From: the human T2T-CHM13v2.0 reference genome, Homo sapiens
Assembly: GCF_009914755.1 (NCBI RefSeq)
Contig: NC_060937.1
Strand: one strand, 5' to 3'
Length of the DNA stretch: 64,000 nucleotides
Under the pieces are notes generated by a model. It did not search any database. It saw only the letters and a program-made list of their open reading frames with translations, and had not been told where the DNA came from. Shown piece after piece: positions 46,401 to 59,698 of this stretch. The first letter of the stretch is position 1, and every line of letters begins with the position of its first letter. The position numbers and the translations under genes were made by a program.

Positions 46401-49400
46401 AGTACATCAAATATATATTTTATTCTGTACATAAAATATCAAAGTACACCAAATATATATTCTATAGTGTACATTAAATATTAAAGTACCCAAGCTATAC
46501 ATTATATAATGTACATAAAATATGAAATTACATCAAATATATATTATATTAGGTACATAAAATATGAAAGTACATCAAATATACATTATATACTGTACAT
46601 AAAATACCAAAGTACCCCAAATTCATATTATATACTGTACATGAAATATGAAAGTTCACAAACTATATATTATATACTGTACATAAAATATCAAAGTACC
46701 CAAGGTATATATTCTATACTGTACAAAAAATATCAAAGTACCCAAAGCATGTATTATATACTGTACATAAAATATGAAAGTACATCAAATATATATTTTA
46801 TTCTGTACATAAAATATCAAAGTACACCAAATATATATTCTATAGTGTACATAAAATATCAAAGTACCCAAACTATACATTATATACTGTACATAAAATA
46901 TGAAAATACATCAAATATATATTATATTAGGTACATAAAATATGAAAGTACATCAAATATAAATTATATACTGTACATAAAATACCAAAGTACCCCAAAT
47001 ATATATTATATACTGTACATGCAATATCAAAGTTCATAAACTATATATCATATACTGTACATAAAATATCAAAGTACCGAAGGTATATATTCTATGCTGT
47101 ACAAAAAATATCAAAGTACCCAAAGCATGTATTATATACTGTACATAAAATATGAAAGTACATCAAATATATATTTTATTCTGTACATAAAATATCAAAG
47201 TACACCAAATATATATTCTATAGTGTACATAAAATATCAAAGTACCCAAACTATACATTATATACTGTACATAAAATATGAAATTACATCAAATATATAT
47301 TATATTAGGTACATAAAATATGAAAGTACATCAAATATAGATTATATACTGTACATAAAATACCAAAGTACCCCAAATACATATTATATACTGTACATGA
47401 AATATCAAAGTTCACAAACTATATATTATATACTGTACATAAAATATCAAAGTACCCAAGGTATATATTCTATACTGTACAAAAAATATCAAAGTACCCC
47501 AAGCAAGTATTATATACTGTACATAAAATATGAAAGTACATCAAATATATATTTTATTCTGTACATAAAGTATCAAAGTACACCAAATATATATCCTATA
47601 GTGTACATAAAATATCAAAGTACCCAAACTATACATTATATACTGTACATAAAATATGAAATTACATCAAATATATATTATATTAGGTACTTAAAATATG
47701 AAAGTACATCAAATATAAATTATATACTGTACATAAAGTACCAAAGTACCCCAAATATATATTATATACTGTACATGCAATATCAAAGTTCACAAACTAT
47801 ATATCATATACTGTACACAAAATATCAAAGTACCGAAGGTATATATTCTATAGTGTACAAAAAATATGAAAGTACGCAAAGCATGTATTATATACTGTAC
47901 ATAAAATATGAAAGTATATCAAATATATATTTTATTCTGTACATAAAATATCAAATTGCACCAAATATATATTCTATAGTGTACATAAAATATCAAAGTA
48001 CCGAAACTATACATTATATACAGTACATAAAATATGAAATTACATCAAATATATATTATAATAGGTACATAAAATATGAAAGTACATCAAATATAAATTA
48101 TATACTGTACATAAAATACCAAAGAACCCCAAATATATATTATATACTGTACATGAAATATCAAAGTTCACAAACTATATATTATATACTGTATATAAAA
48201 TATCAAAGTACCCAAGGTATATATTCTATACTGTACAAAAAATATCAAAGTACCCAAAGCATGTATTATATACTGTTCATAAAATATGAAAGTACATCAA
48301 ATATATATTTTATTCTGTACATAAAATATCAAAGTACACCAAATATATATTCTATAGTGTACATTAAATATCAAAGTACCCAAACTATACATTATATACT
48401 GTACATAAAATATGAAATTACATCAAATATATATTATATTAGGTACATAAAATATGAAAGTACATCAAATATAGATTATATACTGTACATAAAATACCAA
48501 AGTACCCCAAGTACATATTATATACTGTACATGAAATATCAAAGTTCACAAACTATATATTATATACTGTACATAAAATATCAAAGTACCCAAGGTATAT
48601 ATTCTGTACTGTACAAAAAATATCAAAGTACCCAAAGCATGTATTATATACTGTACATAAAATATGAAAGTACATCAAATAAATATTTTATTCTGTACAT
48701 AAAATATCAAAGTACACCAAATATATATTCTACAGTGTACATAAAATATCAAAGTACCCAAACTATACATTATAAACTGTAGATAAAATATGAAATTACA
48801 TCAAATATATACTATATTATGTACATAAAATATGAAAGTACATCAAATATAGATTATATACTGTACATAAAATACCAAAGTACCCCAAATATATATTTTA
48901 TACTGTACATGCAATATCAAAGTTCACAAACTATATATTATATACCGTATATAAAATATCAAAGTACCCAAGGTATATATTCTATACTGTACAAAAAATA
49001 TGAAATTACATCAAATATATATTATATTATGTACATAAAATATGAAAGTACATCAAATATAGATTATATACTGTACATAAAATACCAAAGTACACCAAAT
49101 ATATATTTTATACTGTACATGCAATATCAAAGTTCACAAACTATATATTATATACTGTACATAAAATATCAAAATACCCAAGGTATATATTCTATACTGT
49201 ACAAAAAATATCAAAGTACCCAAAGCATGTATTATATACTGTACATAAAATATGAAAGTACATCAAATATATATTTTATTCTGTACATAAAATATTAAAG
49301 TACACTAAATATATATTCTATAGTGTACATAAAATATCAAAGTACCCAAACTATACATTATATACTGTACATAAAATATGAAATTACATCAAATATATAT

Positions 49401-49690
49401 TATATTAGGTACATAAAATATGAAAGTACATCAAATATAGATTATATACTGTACATAAAATACCAAAGTACCCCAAATACATATTATATACTGTACATGA
49501 AATATCAAAGTTCACAAACTATTTATTATATACTGTACATAAAATATCAAAGTACCCAAGGTATATATTCTATACTGTACAAAAAATATCAAAGTACACA
49601 AAGCATGTATTATATTGTGTATATAAAATATGAAAGTACATCAAATATATATTTTATTCTGTACATAAAATATCAAAGTACACCAAATAT
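34350..49690 (+). repeat. Older ~9,489-bp-offset duplication (34.35-43.8 kb vs 43.84-49.7 kb), partly rearranged
   Basis: 34454->43943, 35466->44955, CAAGCAAG 38011->47500 and ATATCCTAT ~38102->47591, all at offset 9489. The offset then steps to 9111 and 8733 (minus 1 and 2 HORs). Confidence 0.75.
39270..43469 (+). repeat. 2,100-bp tandem duplication (50 monomers: five 9-mers plus one 5-mer)
   Basis: ORFs 39708/41808 and 40590/42690. Shared ATAAACTGTAGATA (39661/41761) and AAAATAGG (40081/42181). About 8 substitutions between the copies by eye. Confidence 0.9.
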
Positions 49691-52600
49691 ATATTCTATA
49701 TGTACATAAAATATCAAAGTACCCAAACTATACATTATATACTGTACATAAAATATGAAATTACATCAAAAATATATTACATTAGGTACATAAAATATGA
49801 AAGTACATCAAATATAGATTATATACTGTACATAAAATATCAAAGTACCCCAAATATATATTATATACTGTACATGAAATATCAAAGTTCACAAAGTATA
49901 TATTATATACTGTACATAAAATTTCAAAGTACCCAAGGTATATATTCTATACTGTACAAAAAATATCAAAGTACCCAAAGCATGTATTATATACTGTACA
50001 TAAAATATGAAAGTACATCAAATAAATATTTTATTCTGTACATAAAATATCAAAGTACACCAAATATATATTCTATAGTGTACATAAAATATCAAAGTAC
50101 CCAAACTATACATTATATACTGTACAAAAAATATGAAACTACATCAAATATATATTATAATAGGTACATAAAATATGAAAGTACATCAAATATTAATTAT
50201 ATACTGTACATAAAATACCAAAGAACACCAAATATATATTATATACTGTACATGAAATATCAAAGTTCACAAACTATATATTATATACTGTATATAAAAT
50301 ATCAAAGTACCCAAGGTATATATTCTGTACTGTATAAAAAATATCAAAGTACCCAAAGCATGTATTATATACTGTTCATAAAATATGAAAGTTCATCAAA
50401 TATATATTTTATTCTGTACATAAAATATCAAAGTACACCAAATATATATTCTATAGTGTACATAAAATATCAAAGTACCCAAACCATACATTATATACTG
50501 TACATAAAATATGAAATTACATCCAATATATATTATATTAGGTACATAAAATATGAAAGTACATCAAATATAGATTATATAGTGTACATAAAATACCAAA
50601 GTACCCAAATATATATTATATACTGTACATGAAATATCAAAGTTCACAAACTATATATTATATACTGTACATAAAATATCAAGGTACCCAAGGAATATAT
50701 TCTATACTCTACAAAAAATATCAAAGTACCCAAAGCATGTATTATATACGGTACATAAAATATGAAAGTACATCAAATATATATTTAATTCTGTACATAA
50801 AATATTAAAGTACACCAAATATATATTCTATAGTGTACATAAAATATCAAAGTACCCAAACTATACATTATATACTGTACATAAAATATGAAATTACGTC
50901 AAATATATATTATATTATGTACATAAAATATGAAAGTACATCAAATATAGATTATATACTGTACATAAAATACCAAAGTACACCAAATATATATTTTATA
51001 CTGTACATGAAATATCAAAGTTCACAAACTATGTATTATATACTGTAGATAAAATATCAAAGTACCCAAGGTATGTATTCTATACTGTACAAAAAATATC
51101 AAAGTACCCAAAGCATGTATTATATACTGTACATAAAATATGAAATTACATCAAATATTGATTATATACTGTACATAAAATACCAAAGTACCCCAAATAC
51201 ATATTATATACTGTACATGAAATATCAAAGTTCACAAACTATATATTATATACTGTACATAAAATATGAAAGTACCCAAGGTATATATTCTATAATGTAC
51301 AAAAAATATCAAAGTACCCAAAGCAAGTATTATATACTGTACATAAAATATGAAAGTACATCAAATATATATTTAATTCTGTACATAAAATATCAAAGTA
51401 CACCAAATTTGTATTCTATAGTGTACATAAAATATCAATGTAGCCAAACTATACATTATATACTGTACATAAAATATGAAATTACATCAAATATATATTA
51501 TATTATGTACATAAAATATGAAACTACATCAAATATAGATTATATACTGTACATAAAATACCAAAGTACACCAAATATATATTTTATACTGTACATGCAA
51601 TATCAAAGTTCACAAACTATATATTATATACTGCACATAAAATATCAAAGTACCCAAGGTATATATTCTATACTGTGCAAAAAATATCAAAGTACCCAAA
51701 GCATGTATTATATACTGTACATAAAATATGAAAGTACATCAAATATATATTTTATTCTGTACATAAAATATCAAAGTACACTAAATATATATTCTATAGT
51801 GTACATAAAATATCAAAGTACCCAAACTATACATTATATACTGTACATAAAATATGAAATTACATCAAATATATATTATATTAGGTACATAAAATATGAA
51901 AGTACATCAAATATAGATTATATACTGTACATAAAATACCAAAGTACCCCAAATACAAATTATATACTGTACATGAAATATCAAAGTTCACAAACTATAT
52001 ATTATATACTGTACATAAAATATCAAAGTACCCAAGGTATATATTCTATACTGTTCAAAAAATATCAAAGTTCCCAAAGCAAGTATTATATACTGTACAT
52101 AAAATATGAAAGTACATCAAATATATATTTTATTCTGTACATAAAATATCAAAGTACACCAAATATATATTCTATAGTGTACATAAAATATCAAAGTACC
52201 CAAACTATACATTATATACTGTACATAAAATATGAAATTACATCAAATATATATTATATTAGGTACTTAAAATATGAAAGTACATCAAATATAAATTATA
52301 TACTGTACATAAAATACCAAAGTACCCCAAATATATATTATATACTGTACATGCAATATCAAAGTTCACAAACTATATATCATATACTGTACATAAAATA
52401 TCAAAGTACCGAAGGCATATATTCTATAGTGTACAAAAAATATGAAAGTACGCAAAGCATGTATTATATACTGTACATAAAATATGAAAGTACATCAAAT
52501 ATATATTTTATTCTGTACATAAAATATCAAAGTACACCAAATATATATTCTATAGTGTACATAAAATATCAAAGTACCCAAACTATACATTATATACAGT

Positions 52601-55600
52601 ACATAAAATATGAAATTACATCAAATATATATAATAATAGGTACATAAAATATGAAAGTACATCAAATATAAATTATATACTGTACATAAAACACCAAAG
52701 AACCCCAAATATATATTATATACTGTACATGAAATATCAATGTTCACAATCTATATATTATATACTGTATATAAAATATCAAAGTACTGAAGGTATATAT
52801 TCTATACTGTACAAAAAATATCAAAGTACCCAAAGCATGTATTATATACTGTTCATAAAATATGAAACTACATCAAATATATATTTTATTCTGTACATAA
52901 AATATCAAAGTACACCAAATATATATTCTATAGTGTACATAAAATATCAAAGTACCCAAACTATACATTATAAACTGTACATAAAATATGAAAGTACATC
53001 AAATATATACTATATTATGTACATAAAATATGAAAGTACATCAAATATATATTTTATTTTGTACATAAAATATCAAAGTACACCAAATATATATTCTATA
53101 GTGTACATAAAATATCAAAGTACCCAAACTATACATTATATACTGTACATAAAATATGAAATTACATCAAATATATATTATATTAGGTACATAAAATATG
53201 AAAGTACATCAAATATAAATTATATACAGTACATAAAATACCAAAGTACCCCAAATGTATATTATATACTGTACATGCAATATCAAAGTTCACAAACTAT
53301 ATATCATATACTGTACATAAAATATCAAAGTACCGAAGGTATATATTCTATACTGTACAAAAAATATCAAAGTACGCAAAGCATGTATTATATACTGTAC
53401 ATAAATTATGAAAGTACATCAAATATATATTTTATTCTGTACATAAAATATCAAAGTACACCAAATATATATTCTATAGTGTACATAAAATATCAAAGTA
53501 CCCAAACTATACATTATATACTGTACATGAAATATGAAATTACATAAAATATATATTATATTAGGTACTTAAAATATGAAAATACATCAAATATAAATTA
53601 TATACTGTACATAAAATACCAAAGTACCCCAAATATATATTACATACTGTACATGAAATATCAAAGTTCACAAACTATATATTTTATACTGTACATAAAA
53701 TATCAAAGTACCCAAGGTATATATTCTATACTGTACAAAAAATATAAAAGTACCCAAAACATGTATCATATACTGTACATAAAATATGAAAGTACATCAA
53801 ATATATATTTTATTCTGTACATAAAATATCAAAGTACACCAAATATATATTCTATAGTGTACATAAAATATCAAAGTACCCAAACTATACATTTTATACT
53901 GTACATAAAATATGAAATTACATCAAATATATATTACATTAGGTACATAAAATATGAAAGTACATCAAATATAGATTATATACTGTACATAAAATATCAA
54001 AGTACCCCAAATATATATTATATACTGTACATGAAATATCAAAGTTCACAAACTATGTATTATATACTGTACATAAAATATCAAAGTACCCAAGGTATAT
54101 ATTCTGTACTGTACAAAAAATATCAAAGTACCCAAAGCATGTATTATATACTGTACATAAAATATGAAAGTACATCAAATAAATATTTTATTCTGTACAT
54201 AAAATATCAAAGTACACCAAATATATATTCTACAGTGTACATAAAATATCAAAGTACCCAAACTATACATTATAAACTGTACATAAAATTTGAAATTACA
54301 TCAAATATATACTATATTATGTACATAAAATATGAAAGTACATCAAATATAGATTATATACTGTACATAAAATACCAAAGTACACCAAATATATATTTTA
54401 TAGTATACATGCAATATCAAAGTTCACAAACTATATTTTATATACTGTACACAAAATATCAAAGTACCGAAGCTATATATTCTATACTGTACAAAAAATA
54501 TCAAAGTACCCAAAGCATGTATTATATACTGTACATAAAATATGAAAGTACATCAAATATATATTTTATTCTGTACATAAAATATCAAAGTACACTAAAT
54601 ATATATTCTATAGTGTACATAAAATATCAAAGTACCCAAACTATACATTATATACTGTACATAAAATATGAAATTACATCAAATATATATTATATTAGGT
54701 CCATAAAATATGAAAGTACTTCAAATATAGATTATATACTGTACATAAAATACCAAAGTACCCCAAATACATATTATATACTGTACATTAAATATCAAAG
54801 TTCACAAACTATATATTATATACTGTATATAAGATATCAAAGTACCCAAGGTATATATTCTATACTCTACAAAAAATATCAAAGTACCCAAAGCAAGTAT
54901 TATATACTGTACATAACATATGAAAGTACATCAAATATATATTTTATTCTGTACATAAAATATCAAAGTACACCAGATATATATTCTATAGTGTACATAA
55001 AATATCAAAATACCCAAACTATACATTATATACTGTACATAAAATATGAAATTACATCAAATATATATTATATTAGGTACATAAAATATGAAAGTACATC
55101 AAATATAAATTATATACTGTACATAAAATACCAAAGTACCCCAAATATATATTATATACTGTACATGCAATATCAAAGTTCACAAACTATATATCATATA
55201 CTGTACATAAAATATCAAAGTACCGAAGGTATATATTCTATCCTATACAAAAAATATCAAAGTACCCAAAGCATGTATTATATACTGTACATAAAATATG
55301 TAAGTACATCAAATATATATTTTATTCTGTACATAAAATATCAAAGTACACCAAATATATATTCTATAGTGTACATAAAATATCAAAGTACCCAAACTAT
55401 ACATTATATACTGTACATAAAATATGAAATTACATCAAATATATATTATCTTAGGTACATAAAATATGAAAGTACATCAAATATAGATTATATACTGTAC
55501 ATAAAATACCAAAGTACCGCAAATATATATTATATACTGTACATGAAATATCAAAGTTCACAAACTATATATTATATACTGTACATAAAATATCAAAGTA

Positions 55601-58600
55601 CCCAAGGTATATATTCTATACTCTACAAAAAATATCAAAGTACCCAAAGCATGTATTATATACGGTACATAAAATATGAATGTACATCAAATATATATTT
55701 AATTCTGTACATAAAATATCAAAGTACACCAAATATATATTCTATAGTGTACATAAAATATCAAAGTACCCAAAGTATACATTATATACTGTACATAAAA
55801 TATGAAATTACATCAAATATATATTATATTACGTACATAAAATATGAAAGTACATCAAATATAGATTATATACGGTACATAAAATACCAAAGTACACCAA
55901 ATATATATTTTATACTGTACATGCAATATCAAAGTTCACAAACTATATATTATATACTGTACATAAAATATCAAAGTACCGAAGCTATATATTCTATACT
56001 GTACAAAAAATATCAAAGTACCCAAAGCATGTATTATATACTGTACATAAAATATGAAAGTACATCAAATATATATTTTATTCTGTACATAAAATATAAA
56101 AGTACACTAAATATATATTCTATAGTGTACATAAAATATCAAAGTACCCAAACTATACATTATATACTGTACATAAAATATGAAATTACATCAAATATAT
56201 ATTATATTAGGTACATAAAATATGAAAGTACATCAAATATAGATTATATACTGTACATAAAATACCAAAGTACCCCAAATACATATTATATACTGTACAT
56301 TAAATATCAAAGTTCTCAAACTATATATTATATACTGTACATAAAATATCAAAGTACCCAAGGTATATATTCTATACTGTACAAAAAATATCAAAGTACC
56401 CAAAGCAAGTATTATATACTGTACATAAAATATGAAAGTACATCAAATATATATTTTATTCTGTACATAAAATATCAAAGTACACCAAATATATATTCTA
56501 TACTGTACATAAAATATCAAAGTACCCAAACTATACATTATATACTGTACATAAAATATGAAATTACATCAAATATATATTATATTAGGTACATAAAATA
56601 TGAAAGTACATCAAATATAAATTATATACTGTACATAAAATACCAAAGTACCCCAAATATATATTATATACTGTACATGCAATATCAAAGTTCACAAACT
56701 ATATATCATATACTGTACATAAAATATCAAAGTACCGAAGGTATATATTCTATACTGTACAAAAAATATCAAAGTACCCAAAGCATGTATTATATACTGT
56801 ACATAAAATATGAAATTACATCAAATATATATTTTATTCTGTACATAAAATATCAAAGTACACAAAATATATATTCTATACTGTACATAAAATATCAAAG
56901 TACCCAAACTATACATTATATTCTGTACATAAAATATGAAATTACATCAAATATATATTATATTAGGTACATAAAATATGAAAGTACATCAAATATAAAT
57001 TATATACTGTACATAAAATACCAAAATACCCCAAATATATATTATATACTGTACATGAAATATCAAAGTTCACAAACTATATATTATATACTGTACATAA
57101 AATATCAATGTGCCCAAGGTATATATTCTATACTGTACAAAAAATATCAAAGTACCCAAAGCATGTATTATATACTGTACATAAAATATGAAAGTACATC
57201 AAATATATATTTTATTGTGTACATAAAATATCAAAGTACACCAAATATATATTCTGTAGTGTACATAAAATATCAAAGTACCCAAACGATACATTATATA
57301 CTGTACATAAAATATGAAATTACATCAATTATATATTATATTAGGTACATAAAATATGAAAGTACATCAAATATAGATTGTATACTGTGCATAAAATACC
57401 AAAGTACCCCAAATACATATTATATACTGTACATGAAATATGAAAGTTCACAAACTATATATTATATACTGTACATAAAATATCAAAGTACCCAAGGTAT
57501 ATATTCTATACTGTACAAAAAATATCAACGTACCCAAAGCATGTATTATATACTGTACATAAAATATGAAAGTACATCAAATAAATATTTTATTCTGTAC
57601 ATAAAATATCAAAGTACACCAAATATATATTCTATAGTGTACATAAAATATCAAAGTACCCAAACTATACATTATAAACTGTACATAAAATATGAAATTA
57701 CATCAAATATATACTATATTATGTACATAAAATATGAAAGTACATCAAATATAGATTATATACTGTACATGAAATACCAAAGTACCCCAAATAAATATTT
57801 TATACTGTACATGCAATATCAAAGTTCACAAACTATATATTATATACTGTACATAAAATATCAAAGTACCCAAGCTATATATTCTATATTGTACAAAAAA
57901 TATCAAAGTACCTAAAGCATGTATTATATACTGTACATAAAATAAGAAAGTACATCAAATATATATTTTATTTTGTACATAAAATATCAAAGTACACCAA
58001 ATATATATTCTATAGTGTACATAAAATATCAAAGTACCCAAACTATACATTATATACTGTACATAAAATATGAAATTACATCAACTATATATTATATTAG
58101 GTACATAAAATATGAAAGTACATCAAATATAAATTATATACAGTACATAAAATACCAAAGTACCCCAAATATATATTATATACTGTACATGCAATATCAA
58201 AGTTCACAAACTATATATCATATACTGTACATAAAATATCAAAGTACCAAAGGTATATATTCTATACTGTACAAAAAATATCAAAGTACGCAAAGCATGT
58301 ATTATATACTGTACATAAAATATGAAAGTACATCAAATATATATTTTATTCTGTACATAAAATATCAAAGTACACCAAATATATATTCTATAGTGTACAT
58401 AAAATATCAAAGTACCCAAACTATACATTATATACTGTACATAAAATATGAAACTACATCAAATATATATTATAATAGGTACATAAAATATGAAAGTACA
58501 TCAAATATAAATTATATACTGTACATAAAATACCAAAGAACCCCAAATATATATTATATACTGTACATGAAATATCAAAGTTCACAAACTATATATTATA

Positions 58601-59698
58601 TACTGTATATAAAATATCAAAGTACCCAAGGTATATATTCTATACTGTACAAAAAATATCAAAGTACCCAAAGCATGTATTATATACTGTTCATAAAATA
58701 TGAAATTACATCAAATATATATTTTATTCTGTACATAAAATATCAAAGTACACCAAATATATATTCTATAGTGTACATTAAATATCAAAGTACCCAAACT
58801 ATACATTATATACTGTACATAAAATATGAAATTACATCAAATATATATTATATTAGGTACATAAAATATGAAAGTACATCAAATATAGATTATATACTGT
58901 ACATAAAATACCAAAGTACCCCAAATACATATTATATACTGTACAAGAAATATCAAAGTTCACAAACTATATATTATATACTGTACATAAAATATCAAAG
59001 TACCAAGAGTATATATTCTATACTGTACAAAAAATATCAAAGTACCCAAAGCATGTATTATATACTGTACATAAAATATGAAAGTACATCAAATATATAT
59101 TTTATTCTGTACATAAAATATCAAAGTACACCAAATATATATTCTATAGTGTACACAAAATATCAAAGTACCCAAACTATACATTATATCCTGTACATAA
59201 AATATGAAATTACATCAAATATATATTATATTAGGTACATAAAATATGAAAGTACATCAAATATAAATTTTATACTGTACGTAAAATACCAAAGAACCCC
59301 AAATATATATTATATACTGTACATGAAATATCAAAGTTCACAAACTATATATTATATACTGTATATAAAATATCAAAGTACCCAAGGTATATATTCTATA
59401 CTGTACAAAAAATATCAAAGTACCCAAAACATGTATTATATACTGTTCATAAAATATGAAAGTACATCAAATATATATTTTATTCTGTACATAAAATATC
59501 AAAGTACACCAAATATATATTCTATAGTGTACATAAAATATCAAAGTACCCAAACTATACATAATAATCTGTACATAAAACATGAAATTACATCAAATAT
59601 ATACTATATTATGTACATAAAATATGAAAGTACGTCAAATATAGATTATGTACTGTACATAAAATATAAATTACCCAAATATATATTATATACTGTAC

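Larger units (their letters stand above)
2022..59698 (+). repeat. 378-bp 9-mer higher-order repeat domain (monomers A-I)
   Basis: Recurrent order in translation: A MKYQSSQTIYYILY, B IKYQSTQGIYSILY, C KKYQSTQSMYYILY, D IKYESTSNIYFILY, E IKYQSTPNIYSIVY, F IKYQSTQTIHYILY, G IKYEITSNIYYIRY, H IKYESTSNI(N/D)YILY, I IKYQSTPNIYYILY. The A monomer recurs every 378 bp (2022, 2400, 2778...). A 9-mer HOR is known for HSat1A. Confidence 0.93.
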
